A stretch of DNA of 64,000 bases from an uncultured virus (IMG/VR IMGVR_UViG_3300002220_006884) (IMGVR_UViG_3300002220_006884), one strand, 5' to 3'; counted from the first letter of the stretch, positions 27,807-37,583 are shown. Notes: a model not told the origin generated them from the letters alone. Translations and numbers: made by a program.

Positions 27807-27906
27807 GCAAGACATGGCTTGGTGATTGTTCATGTCTGAGATAGCTTAAATCACATGCAAGACAGAGCTTGGTTGTTGAATCTGTCTAAGATAGCTTAAA
27901 CAATCC
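27807..27906 (+). ncRNA. Two tandem 50 nt H-type pseudoknot repeats
   Basis: Exact 50 nt period; both stems show compensatory substitutions between copies. Confidence 0.65.
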
Positions 27907-27920
27907 GCGTAAGAATAAAT

Positions 27921-27996
27921 GGTCTAGTAGCTCAATTGGAAGAGCAGCGCCCTCTAAAAGCGTTGGTTGTGGGATCGTACCCCATCTAGATCACCA
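27921..27996 (+). tRNA. Putative amber suppressor tRNA (anticodon CTA)
   Basis: 76 nt cloverleaf, GCGCC-CTCTAAA-AGCGT, CCA; atypical T-loop ATCGTAC. Confidence 0.75.
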
Positions 27997-28000
27997 GTTT

Positions 28001-28067
28001 TGGACTCAATTTGATTTTATTGCAGAAAGTTGGCGAATTGAGTGAAATAAACAACTGCTGTAAATTT
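28001..28067 (+). ncRNA. Putative pseudoknot RNA, copy 2
   Basis: Homolog of 25719..25786 with stem ACTCAATTTG/CGAATTGAGT. Confidence 0.55.
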
Positions 28068-28153
28068 GGCTTGTTAGCTTATGTGGGAAAGCAGTCGCCT
28101 CTAAAACGACCCTAGAAGGATTCGAAAGGATTCGAACTCCTTACAAGCCACCA
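28068..28153 (+). tRNA. Second putative amber suppressor tRNA (CTA) with 10 nt internal duplication
   Basis: GTCGC-CTCTAAA-ACGAC, acceptor GGCTTGT/ACAAGCC, CCA; AAGGATTCGA repeated twice. Confidence 0.65.
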
Positions 28154-28162
28154 TATATATCC

Positions 28163-28194
28163 GAAGGCAGATCAGAAATGGTCTGCCTTTTTTT
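28163..28194 (+). terminator. Intrinsic terminator ending tRNA cluster 1
   Basis: AAGGCAGATCA-GAAA-TGGTCTGCC followed by a T run. Confidence 0.85.
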
Positions 28195-28267
28195 ATTTAT
28201 ACTTTATAAATCTATATTGTGCATTAATGTGCAGTAAATAAATGATATAAACCATTTTCTAGATCAA

Positions 28268-28522
28268 TTGGTATTTCATTGTGATAAAGTATTAGTGAAA
28301 CAAACCATAACTGAAGAAATGAAGTTTAGCTTAAAGGTTCGTAAGATTAAGAGAACTAATAAAAAGGGCATGTATATTGCAAATCAAAACAGTATATTAC
28401 TTGACCCAAGACATGTAGATAGTTTCCTACATGAGTTAGGTCATTGGTATCACACTTGGTTTGAAAAGGATGTTAAAGAAGAACGACAAGCAGAAGAATT
28501 TGCTGAAAATTTTTTAATTTAG
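28268..28522 (+). CDS. Short HExxH (zincin-like) ORF, possibly a 5'-truncated fragment
   Basis: FLHELGHWYH...EEFAENF; no clear RBS or ATG. Confidence 0.45.
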   Translation: MVFHCDKVLVKQTITEEMKFSLKVRKIKRTNKKGMYIANQNSILLDPRHVDSFLHELGHWYHTWFEKDVKEERQAEEFAENFLI

Positions 28523-28523
28523 A

Positions 28524-30725
28524 TTAAATTTTGTTTCTTTGTTTTAAATTTATAGTTAATTCGGTTTTTACCGTAGTATATTCCTTACATAAATTATTCC
28601 CTTTTTCAAATTCTGATAATAAATCAAAAATTGATTTTCCATCTTCATTAAATGCATAAATTGATATATTTTTTTCTTTTAGTTTATTTAGTCCAGAAGT
28701 AATGGTTTGTAATTCATAAGTTTTTTTATCAAAATTTAAATCTTTATTATTAGATTGGGATAAAAATATACAAAATGAATTAATTATTTCTTCGTTAGAA
28801 AATTTTATTTTATTGTCACTATAATTTAAAATTGAACGAGATAATTGAAATTGTTTTAAGTTTGAAAAAGAATTCAGTTTTATATTTGAATTCTTAAATT
28901 TATTATTAATATATTTGTTTGCATTAATAGATAATAGATGGCATTCTATGCTTTTACCATCAATATTAATATTAAGAAAATCTTGCATTGCATTTTTTTG
29001 TATATAAAAATTATGTTCTTTTTGGAATAAAAACTTTTCTAAATTTAAGAAATATTCTTCTATTGTTTTTATTGGTTCTTTCCATCTATTGGCACATTTT
29101 TTTGTTTTTATTTGTTCTATAATTTTCAATCCTAAATTATAATATTTATTCTCAATAAAATTTAATTTTTCTTTAATGTTTTCATCAAAATAAAATGGTC
29201 TGTTAAATTTTGGAACAAATAATTGAGATAAAATAGACGATCTTTCTCTAAAAATAAATGTTTGGTCACTTGAAAGCAAGTGATTGTTGTCAAGTAAGTG
29301 TTGAATTGCATGTGATTCTCTTATATCTTTATTGGTTCCAATACAATAACGATTTAGGCTTTCTAAATATTTACGATCTAGTGCAGAGTTATTAAAATAT
29401 TTATAATTAACTTTTTGAGTTAATATTTCTGGCTCTATTGTTGCAGATAAGCAAGAGAATACAAAATTATTTTTTTCAATAAAATACTCTTTTATATTGG
29501 TTCTTTCATTATCATTAAAATTATTATTAAATTTTTTTTCTAAATTTGATAGAATATAATTTATAATGAAATAGCAATTACTTTCTTCTGTTGTGTGGTT
29601 GTTATATTTTAAACTTATATTAGTCCATTCAACATTAGTTGAATCTGGATAAAAGTTGCATTTTATTTTTAAAATTTGATCTAACTCATTATTCTGAATG
29701 CAGTTTATAAATTTTTTAAAATAATCTGAATCTAATATTTTTTCACTAGAAATAATATCTTTATATTTTTCTAAATAATTAGTAAATTCATTAATTGTAC
29801 TTAATATAATATCTTTATTTTCTTTATCTTTTAAAAAAGATTGGAAATCTTTTGTTTTAGTTTGTATTATTGATAATTGTGTTAATTTTAATTTTTTTGT
29901 GTGTTGAATTGCTAAAAATTTTTCATTCTTATATTGAAATGACGATCTTTGTGTTGACATATTGGTATTTTGTTTTTCTAATTTAACTAAAGAATAGAAA
30001 AAAGAATCAATTAAAAAATCAATATCATAATTAATTATTAAATTCTTTTTAAGATAAATACAGTTTTTTTCTTCAGTGTTTCCAAATAAAAAATTTTCTA
30101 ATCTTATTTTTCTATTTTTACTCACTAAAAAAAAATCATTATTTTCAATTAGTAGTTCAATATTATTAGAATCTTTGGGAATATCTTTCATCCACTTATC
30201 GAAATTGTTCTTAAAAATATTGGTTCGTTTGGTAATAATATTTGGAGATGCAAATCCTTCTTTTTTGCCTTCTTCTTCAATAAATTGATTTATTTCTGGA
30301 TAATATTTTTTTAATTCGTTTTCTTTAAATGAAGGTATTTGATTAATTTTCTCAATATCATTATCTGTTAATTTAATAAATCCTAAAGAATGTAAAAATG
30401 TAAAAAGATTGTTAATAATGTTGGGATTACTTAAAAAAATTTCAGTATATCCATCTGGTGAATTTTTCATATATGATTCATATTCAACAAAATTAAATTT
30501 ATCATACATTAATTTAAGATTTAAAAATTGAGCATTTAAAATTTCATGAATAAACTTTTCAACAGATTCCGCATTTACTTCTTCTACTTCAAATGATGTA
30601 ACTTCTTTAAATGGAGTTGGATAATGTTTTGCAAATTGTTTTATTCTGTGTGAAGAAGATTTTTTTGTGTATCCAATCTTCATCAATCCCAAATCAGTTG
30701 CCGCTATATATACAATATTGTTCAT
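28524..30725 (-). CDS. Large protein with N-terminal GIY-YIG/T5orf172-like nuclease domain
   Basis: VYIA...MKIGYT...RIKQF...VEKFIH...YTEIF; ends KQRNKI. Confidence 0.65.
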   Translation of the reverse strand: MNNIVYIAATDLGLMKIGYTKKSSSHRIKQFAKHYPTPFKEVTSFEVEEVNAESVEKFIHEILNAQFLNLKLMYDKFNFVEYESYMKNSPDGYTEIFLSNPNIINNLFTFLHSLGFIKLTDNDIEKINQIPSFKENELKKYYPEINQFIEEEGKKEGFASPNIITKRTNIFKNNFDKWMKDIPKDSNNIELLIENNDFFLVSKNRKIRLENFLFGNTEEKNCIYLKKNLIINYDIDFLIDSFFYSLVKLEKQNTNMSTQRSSFQYKNEKFLAIQHTKKLKLTQLSIIQTKTKDFQSFLKDKENKDIILSTINEFTNYLEKYKDIISSEKILDSDYFKKFINCIQNNELDQILKIKCNFYPDSTNVEWTNISLKYNNHTTEESNCYFIINYILSNLEKKFNNNFNDNERTNIKEYFIEKNNFVFSCLSATIEPEILTQKVNYKYFNNSALDRKYLESLNRYCIGTNKDIRESHAIQHLLDNNHLLSSDQTFIFRERSSILSQLFVPKFNRPFYFDENIKEKLNFIENKYYNLGLKIIEQIKTKKCANRWKEPIKTIEEYFLNLEKFLFQKEHNFYIQKNAMQDFLNINIDGKSIECHLLSINANKYINNKFKNSNIKLNSFSNLKQFQLSRSILNYSDNKIKFSNEEIINSFCIFLSQSNNKDLNFDKKTYELQTITSGLNKLKEKNISIYAFNEDGKSIFDLLSEFEKGNNLCKEYTTVKTELTINLKQRNKI

Positions 30726-30826
30726 TTATTTTATTTTATTTAATATACTTATCATTATATGAAAAAAATATTTTAATACAAGAAATAATAAATCACATCT
30801 TATGTGACAAATAACACATTTTTAAA

Positions 30827-31831
30827 TTATATTTTATATTTTGAGTTATTATTTGAATCTACATTGCATAACTTTTTACCAACTTCTAAACATTCTTCAA
30901 GGGTTTGAACTTTATGTGGTTCTTTTAATAATATACTATCTAAATATTTTTGAACAGCATTTTCTCCACTATTATTTCTAATATATGCAACACTTTCGAT
31001 TACCATATTTATTGATTCACCAATATTGCTTGGGACATAATGTTCTTTCTTAGATACTTTTAATCTAAAGTGAGAAAATCTATTCATCCATTCTGGTGGA
31101 TTATTTAACATATTATCATAATCTTGTTTAATTTTATCTAAATTATTTTGTCCACTAGGATGACTATCAAGCCATTCTTGTGTTATTTTTTTAATTTCTT
31201 TAGTTCCAAACTCTAATGCTAAATTAACATTTAATCCTCTATCAATTAAATATATAACAATATCTTCATGTCCATTTTTAGATGCATTAATTAAATAATT
31301 GTCATTAAAAAGATCTTTTGCTCTATTACAAGATTCAAAATTATTCTTTAATATTTGTAAGTGACCATTTTTACAAGCTAATAATCCTGCATTTTTATAA
31401 TAAAGTCCCTCATATAAGTGATATGGTGTTGTATCATTATTGTTTAGCATTATAGAAGAGAAATCTATTTTTTCTGGATGTTTGAAAACTTTATCGCCAT
31501 AACGACAAAAAAAACTATAGTTTTTAGGTTCATAATCAAATATTAATGGATATTCCTGTTTAATGCTTCCATCAAAAAATTCTCTAATTTCTTTTATTGC
31601 AGAAATAACTTGGCTATTATACTTTTTTTTATTGGTCATTATCTTTGGTAACTCTTCAATTTTATCTGCTTTTACAAATGAATCATTTACAATTTTTTGA
31701 ATAAAATTATCACTATATTCAATATTTAAATTAAGGTTTTTTGACTTTATTGTTCTACAATCTATTTTTTTGCAAAGATTAAAACTATCTTCCATTATTC
31801 TTTGTTGTTTATCACTTCTAAATTCTTTCAT
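30827..31831 (-). CDS. Ankyrin-repeat-containing protein
   Basis: LACKNGHLQIL and LINASKNGHEDIVIYLIDRG; ends NSKYKI. Confidence 0.7.
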   Translation of the reverse strand: MKEFRSDKQQRIMEDSFNLCKKIDCRTIKSKNLNLNIEYSDNFIQKIVNDSFVKADKIEELPKIMTNKKKYNSQVISAIKEIREFFDGSIKQEYPLIFDYEPKNYSFFCRYGDKVFKHPEKIDFSSIMLNNNDTTPYHLYEGLYYKNAGLLACKNGHLQILKNNFESCNRAKDLFNDNYLINASKNGHEDIVIYLIDRGLNVNLALEFGTKEIKKITQEWLDSHPSGQNNLDKIKQDYDNMLNNPPEWMNRFSHFRLKVSKKEHYVPSNIGESINMVIESVAYIRNNSGENAVQKYLDSILLKEPHKVQTLEECLEVGKKLCNVDSNNNSKYKI

Positions 31832-31917
31832 GTATTTACCTTTTAATTACTTTCTTTTATTATAAGAAAAACATTAAAAATAACAAAATTATTTTAATAT
31901 TTATCATAGGAAATAAA

Positions 31918-33171
31918 GTGGCATATAAAAATCCAAAAAAAGAAAAATATTTAAAAAACTGTATAGATAAAGCAAAGATATACAATGGCTTATGTGTGTC
32001 TAAAGAGTTTGTTAATTCTAGAACTAAATTAGATTGGAAGTGCTGTAATGAAAAACATCCAATATTTTCTGATTATTATACAAATGTAGTAAATGGAATG
32101 AGTTGGTGTAAAAGATGTGAGCCACTTATATCTGATAAATTAGAGTTGGCTAAATTTTTAGCTAAATCTAAAGGTGGTGAAATTTTAGAAGAAAAATATT
32201 TAGGTTCTACAATAAGACATAAGTGGAAGTGTAAGGAAAATCATATTTTTGAAGTAAATTATAATGCTGCTGTACTTAGAGGTAGATGGTGTGTGTTTTG
32301 TGCAAATCAAGTAACAGAAAAAACAAATGTTTTAGAAGAAGGTAGTAACAATAGAATTGATAGATTAGATATTGCAAAAGAATTTGCAGCAAAAAAAGGT
32401 GGAAAATGTTTGTCAGAATATTATAAAAATAGCTCTTCAAAATTATTATGGAAATGTAGTAATGAAAAACATAAAGAATTTGAATCAACTTATAATTGTG
32501 TAATTAACCAAAGTAGATGGTGTCCAGAATGTAGTGAGTTTCATATACATGAAGAAAGAGTAAGAAATATATTAAACAATATTTTTAATGCTAAATTTAT
32601 TAAAAGTTATCCTAATTGGAATATAAATATTAAAACAGGAAAAATCTTAGAATTAGATGGGTTTTCTGAAGAATTAAATATTGCTTTTGAATATCAAGGT
32701 AGACAGCATTTTGAAGCCGCATTTAATAAAAGCATAGAAGAAGTGTTGATGCAAAAAGAAAGAGATAAAGTTAAAAAAGAAAATTGTAATAATAACAATA
32801 TTAAATTAATAATAATTAAAGCGAATCGTCACAGAGATAATTATAAAACTACTATGACTGCCATATTAGATGGTATAAAAAAAATAGGAATTAAGTTGCC
32901 ATTAAATCCATTGTTAGATAAAAAAAACGAAGAAATATATAATAAAACAACAAATTTTGTAACAGAGAAAAAACTAGAAGAATGTGTAGAATATGCTAAG
33001 TTAAGAAATGGAGTTTGTTTAAGTGAATCATATGTAAGTTCAAGAGAAAAAATGCTATGGAAATGTGAAAATAAAGATCATCATTCTTGGTTAAGAAGTT
33101 ATGAGGGAACTATAAAAAATAAAACCTGGTGTCCATCTTGTAGGAAAAAAGATAATTTTACCAAATGTTGA
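31918..33171 (+). CDS. Putative endonuclease with repeated zinc-ribbon units and a PD-(D/E)xK/Vsr-like core (paralog of 61821..63041)
   Basis: Repeats G-x-CLS-x-x-Y...W-x-C...H...WCP-x-C; LELDGF...IAFEYQG-x-QH. Confidence 0.7.
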   Translation: MAYKNPKKEKYLKNCIDKAKIYNGLCVSKEFVNSRTKLDWKCCNEKHPIFSDYYTNVVNGMSWCKRCEPLISDKLELAKFLAKSKGGEILEEKYLGSTIRHKWKCKENHIFEVNYNAAVLRGRWCVFCANQVTEKTNVLEEGSNNRIDRLDIAKEFAAKKGGKCLSEYYKNSSSKLLWKCSNEKHKEFESTYNCVINQSRWCPECSEFHIHEERVRNILNNIFNAKFIKSYPNWNINIKTGKILELDGFSEELNIAFEYQGRQHFEAAFNKSIEEVLMQKERDKVKKENCNNNNIKLIIIKANRHRDNYKTTMTAILDGIKKIGIKLPLNPLLDKKNEEIYNKTTNFVTEKKLEECVEYAKLRNGVCLSESYVSSREKMLWKCENKDHHSWLRSYEGTIKNKTWCPSCRKKDNFTKC

Positions 33172-33234
33172 CTTAATTCATGTATTTAAATATATGGATT
33201 ATAGATTAGCATGTAATTATTAGGATTAAAAAAA

Positions 33235-33837
33235 ATGAGTGATTATATTAAAAGTCGTTATTTAGATGTTCAAAATGAACAAAAAAATAGATATACATTT
33301 CTAGGAATACTTCAAGGTATTACGTGTGATGGAAATATCACAATAAGAGAAGTTGATTATATAGTAAATTGGTTAAAACAACATCCAATTGGTATTGATG
33401 AAATTCCTAAAATTAATAAAATAAAAGATTTATTAAATGGAATGTTAAGAAAACAAATAATTGTTGATTCTGAAGAATTAGAATTAAAGAATCTTTTAAA
33501 TGATATTTCTGGAAGTCAATGGGAGACTAATAGAGATACAAATAATATGCCAATTAAACTATATGCAAAAAATCCAAGTATTGTATTTAATAATTCTTGT
33601 TTTGTATTAACTGGAAATTTTGAATATGGAACTAAAAAATTATGCGAAAATGCGATTAATTCTTTAGGTGGGAAATGTGAATCGAATGTTACATCTAGAA
33701 CTGATTATTTAGTTATTGGTAAAAATGGGTCTAAAGATTGGACTCATAACGCTTGGGGAAACAAGATTGAAAAAGCTCACGAAACAAAAATTCCAATTAT
33801 TAGTGAAAAACAATGGTTAGAGGCTTTAAAAAAATAA
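33235..33837 (+). CDS. BRCT-domain protein
   Basis: FVLTGNF...LGG...VTSRTDYLVIG...KIEKA...IISE-x-x-W. Confidence 0.85.
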   Translation: MSDYIKSRYLDVQNEQKNRYTFLGILQGITCDGNITIREVDYIVNWLKQHPIGIDEIPKINKIKDLLNGMLRKQIIVDSEELELKNLLNDISGSQWETNRDTNNMPIKLYAKNPSIVFNNSCFVLTGNFEYGTKKLCENAINSLGGKCESNVTSRTDYLVIGKNGSKDWTHNAWGNKIEKAHETKIPIISEKQWLEALKK

Positions 33838-33905
33838 TGTTAGGTATTTCTGGATTGAAATAATACGAATACTCTATTTTATTAACAAAGGAGATTTAAT
33901 AGGAG

Positions 33906-34091
33906 TTAAATATTTTTTAATTCTATTTTTTTAGATTTTTTTAATTGTTCTGTATTACTATTTTGTGAAAAATCCACTTTAAAACATTTATCATAATAAA
34001 TGTTTCCATTATTGGGATTAATATGTTTTCCACCACATGCAAAACTTTGTGTTACACAAATCATTAAAACTAAAAAGACACTTTTTTTCAT
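33906..34091 (-). CDS. Small exported protein
   Basis: AGGAG RBS and signal-like N-terminus. Confidence 0.5.
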   Translation of the reverse strand: MKKSVFLVLMICVTQSFACGGKHINPNNGNIYYDKCFKVDFSQNSNTEQLKKSKKIELKNI

Positions 34092-34410
34092 TTCACAACT
34101 CCTTTAATATATTTATATAACGGATTTTTTAGTGAAATGTCAGATTTTTTTAATCACACCAGGCGAAATGCAATACAAAAAAGTAGTATTGCTGTTTCTA
34201 CAGGATATGGCACTTTATATATAAAAGAAGCCATGAATATTAATGGAAAAAAGATAATAACTTGGGATAACTGTTTTATAGCGGGAGAAAAAATAGTTAT
34301 TGGAATAACATGTGAATAACTAATCAACTGTAAAATAAATCCATTTTCTAAAACAAATAATTTACTAAAGAGTCCAAATATAATATATAATATCTTGAGT
34401 GAGAAGATAA

Positions 34411-34605
34411 AAATTACGGCCTAGATAAAAGCTTTTTGAATACCTACAATGGAACTCCGAAATACTTACTAATAACGTTCAAGGTAAGGACCGGCCATGA
34501 AGGAATGTTAGTTGATAGCTGCGACAAGGGCAGAAGTAAATACTAAACAAGAAGGGTACTCTTGGTGCAAGTCCAAGCAAAAAGCTTTTATCTAGACCGT
34601 AATTT
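34411..34605 (+). ncRNA. Standalone candidate ncRNA closed by a 28 bp stem
   Basis: Arms 34411-34438 and 34578-34605 differ at one position; inner T-arm-like CTTGG-TGCAAGT-CCAAG; TATAAT upstream. Confidence 0.6.
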
Positions 34606-34700
34606 GACGAAGTTGGTAGCAATACATTGCTAAAAGATATTAAGTATAATAGATAGTGAAAATGTGGTATAATTAATTCTTTATCTTATAGGGAATTAAA

Positions 34701-34952
34701 ATGGAACTTTTTGTTGAAACCTCCGCTAAAGAATTAGTTAAGTTGAACATGAGCAAAGAAGAATTGTCTCAATCAATTAAGGATAGTGTTTTAAAAAATG
34801 GATTCCCCTATAAAGATGGTAGTGGTTTTTGCACACCTGAAGATTTAACTGTTAATGTTTTTTTCAAAACAATTACTAATGAATCTAAAGTTAAAACAAA
34901 TGATGATATGAAAATGCTTGCTCATTTATGTTTTGGAAAACCTTTGGTTTAA
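34701..34952 (+). CDS. Hypothetical protein
   Basis: TGTGGTATAAT promoter, RBS. Confidence 0.6.
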   Translation: MELFVETSAKELVKLNMSKEELSQSIKDSVLKNGFPYKDGSGFCTPEDLTVNVFFKTITNESKVKTNDDMKMLAHLCFGKPLV

Positions 34953-35181
34953 TTTTAGATTAATAGTTCAATCAAATAAACAGAATACCCAAATGAATAT
35001 AGATATCATGCGCAAACGTTGTGAAACTCTTGTTATTGCAATGGTTGGAAAAGAACTGGCACCTAAATGGTGGAATGGAAGTAATAAAGCTTTTGAGGGA
35101 AAGAATCCAGAAGAGGCTTTTAAAGAAACACCAGAAAAGGTTTATTCTTATCTAATGAAATCATCAGAAGGTGAATGGTAA
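34918..35181 (+). CDS. Small protein resembling the MbcA/ParS/Xre antitoxin C-terminal domain; likely start 34993
   Basis: A-x-x-WW-x-x-x-N-x-AF-x-G-x-x-P...V-x-x-YL. Confidence 0.5.
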   Translation: MLIYVLENLWFNFRLIVQSNKQNTQMNIDIMRKRCETLVIAMVGKELAPKWWNGSNKAFEGKNPEEAFKETPEKVYSYLMKSSEGEW

Positions 35182-35833
35182 ATTTCACGCTATAATAGAA
35201 CCTGTCTTATTTATTGTAAGGAAAAACATGCTACAGAAACTCAATTTTAATTTTGCTCAAAACAAATTAGTGCAAGATGGAGCTTTGACTATTACACAAG
35301 AAGATGGCTTCACATTGATGATGACGGTTCCTGAACATGAGTTTTGGAAGGGGATTAATATTGAAGATAAAGAGCCTTCATGCTGTTTCTATATGAAAGA
35401 GATTGAACCAGGTATTTATGAGGCAGGTTTGAATTTTGAACATGATATAAATGATTTGACTCAGTTTAAAGTCATTGGAAGCTATGACCGTTTGGGAAAA
35501 GATGGTCTTTCCAAACGGTATGAACGCAATAGCCCTATGGTGGATTATTTTGATAATACTGTTGAATGCTATGGTGTTGCAGATAATATTGAGCAGATTA
35601 AAGAGTTTTATAAGGATCAAATTGCATCCAATAATCCAATTGTAATTTCCGTGACAGAAATTAATAAAAACACACAACCAGAAGATGGTGGTTGGCGTTG
35701 GCATAAGTGGGGTCAATATATTGGGACAATGGAGCCTCAGTGTGAATACATTTATGACGAACCTGAAATTGATTCAGTCTTTGTGTTTCATGCATACTCT
35801 GTTAAACTCCAAGAAGTTTTGGAAAGTGTTTAA
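35171..35833 (+). CDS. Hypothetical phage-like protein
   Basis: YGVADN...GGWRWHKWG-x-YIG motif. Confidence 0.65.
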   Translation: MNGKFHAIIEPVLFIVRKNMLQKLNFNFAQNKLVQDGALTITQEDGFTLMMTVPEHEFWKGINIEDKEPSCCFYMKEIEPGIYEAGLNFEHDINDLTQFKVIGSYDRLGKDGLSKRYERNSPMVDYFDNTVECYGVADNIEQIKEFYKDQIASNNPIVISVTEINKNTQPEDGGWRWHKWGQYIGTMEPQCEYIYDEPEIDSVFVFHAYSVKLQEVLESV

Positions 35834-35916
35834 AAGAACTTAGTTAAAAATATAATTATTGTATTATAAAATGTCAAAACCAGAACAATATCCAGGTTAT
35901 TTAAAGTAATAAAATT

Positions 35917-36117
35917 ATGAATAAAAAAATTAAAGAAATCGAAGAAAAAGCAGAATTATATGCTAATGAACAATGGGCAACTGATGATGTAGCAAAAGAA
36001 GATTGTTTTAGAACAAAATTTGCTGAATTAATTATTCTTGAGTGCCGTAGCCGTGCAACAGAATTTGGTGTTCTATCCGAAGAAATTGGTGAATACTTAG
36101 ATGAATTGTTAATTTAA
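35917..36117 (+). CDS. Small phage-like protein (paralog of 40759..40947)
   Basis: KFAELI/L-I-x-EC motif shared. Confidence 0.6.
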   Translation: MNKKIKEIEEKAELYANEQWATDDVAKEDCFRTKFAELIILECRSRATEFGVLSEEIGEYLDELLI

Positions 36118-36279
36118 ATAATGAATAAAGCTTTGAAATCTAATCGTCCACAAACAGTTTGGTTAAGTAGTGTGCAATAATACCTATAGAAACTTAATCA
36201 CATCGACCTAAAAAAACAACCTAAGTCGTAAGAATTGAGGTTGTTTTTTTGTTTTCAACTTAAGTTAACCGTACTTTAC

Positions 36280-36645
36280 TCAACCAATCGCAGCATGATT
36301 AGGTAGGCCTTGTACTTCCAGTTTACAATAGGCGATAGCAGCTTCAGCATCACCTTCAGCACCACGGTCACGTAATGCAAAGTATTCAGCTTGTCTCTTT
36401 CTATCAGCAGCAAAAGGGTCTACATACACAACCTCAGTGATTGTGCAAAGTGAATCACCAGAGGCTTTTTCTTCAGGTGATAGATACATTTGAAATTCAC
36501 AACCTCTGATTAAATCATCAGCCATGCCTAGAGATTTTGGAACAGACTTAATACTAGAAAACCATCGGAGAGAAAGAACCCACTTGGCAAAATCTAATCG
36601 GTTAAAGTTTGAATTAATTTTTACTGTGTAAGTTGTGTATTGCAT
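36280..36645 (-). CDS. Hypothetical protein
   Basis: GGAG RBS, TGTATAAT promoter. Confidence 0.6.
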   Translation of the reverse strand: MQYTTYTVKINSNFNRLDFAKWVLSLRWFSSIKSVPKSLGMADDLIRGCEFQMYLSPEEKASGDSLCTITEVVYVDPFAADRKRQAEYFALRDRGAEGDAEAAIAYCKLEVQGLPNHAAIG

Positions 36646-36757
36646 TTATTAATCTCCACGGAGTTCTTCATTTTAAAGATTAAATTATAACATGAAAACT
36701 GTGAAGGAATTATGATTTTAATTGTATAGAACAAAGATAGAAAAGTATTTTATTCAC

Positions 36758-37303
36758 TCATGGATGGCAGATATTTGATATAACTTTACGAAAAACGCTA
36801 TTGCTCTTGATTGGATATGAAGTTCCATCTCCCCAATCTCGTGCGATGAACCTTTCAGTGCTATTATTGATAAACCAATACACACTTTTTTCGGTCGTTG
36901 ACTCCATGTTATCACAATCAAAAACTAATCTTACCATTTTGTGGTTATACTTTCCTTCTAAAGTAGGGAGTCCGTTAATTGATTCTGGTCCAGTAAGTTC
37001 ATATAGAACTGTGAACCGAACTATTGGATAGTCGTCACGGTTAACAGTTTTTGAATCAATTAATACTGTGGTTGCTGGTTCATCTGTTATACGAAATAAT
37101 ATCATCCACTTTGCTGCTACCATGTTTGCTAATTCATCTTCTGCTGCTCCTGCGAAAGATGATAATGATAGAATAGTTAGAATGAATGCAACGACATATC
37201 GATGGATATGTGTTATGAAAGAACCCATTATTTTACAACTAATATTTAATATCTTAGTTGTTTTGTTATTATATTTACTAATTAAGTAGTTAGAATCTTG
37301 CAT
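36758..37303 (-). CDS. Exported protein, possibly surface-adhesin E-like fold
   Basis: Hydrophobic signal ending SSFA; W...ID-x-x-TV...FDC...IC pattern. Confidence 0.45.
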   Translation of the reverse strand: MQDSNYLISKYNNKTTKILNISCKIMGSFITHIHRYVVAFILTILSLSSFAGAAEDELANMVAAKWMILFRITDEPATTVLIDSKTVNRDDYPIVRFTVLYELTGPESINGLPTLEGKYNHKMVRLVFDCDNMESTTEKSVYWFINNSTERFIARDWGDGTSYPIKSNSVFRKVISNICHP

Positions 37304-37478
37304 TTTTGTGCCTTTAATATTTAGTTAATTATTAAATAATTTTAAATAATAATAAAAAATATAACATAAATTTTAATAATTTCAAATTTATCTATAAAAT
37401 TAAGATATAAGAAAACACAAAAATTAATATCTAATTATTCTGTTAATCTAACAAAGATTCTAGTTAACTTAATAATAT

Positions 37479-37562
37479 CTACCATGATGAACGTGGAAGC
37501 CTCTTGCGAGCTTCACCAATGGAAACCAATATGTTCCAAACTTTTTTTAGAAATTTTTTCAT
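37479..37562 (-). CDS. 27 aa peptide MKKFLKKVWNILVSIGEARKRLPRSSW
   Basis: One of three tandem paralogs; AAGGA RBS. Confidence 0.65.
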   Translation of the reverse strand: MKKFLKKVWNILVSIGEARKRLPRSSW

Positions 37563-37583
37563 TTTAAATCCTTATTTTTTAAA

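Noticed and set aside
28001..28067. Theta/HDV-like ribozyme after the suppressor tRNA
   Set aside because: I could not find the P3/P1.1 elements of the HDV fold, and the other copy is not at a tRNA 3' end
27921..28153. Pyrrolysine tRNA
   Set aside because: Shares the CUCUAAA loop but has a normal D-arm and 5 bp anticodon stem, and no pyl genes are present
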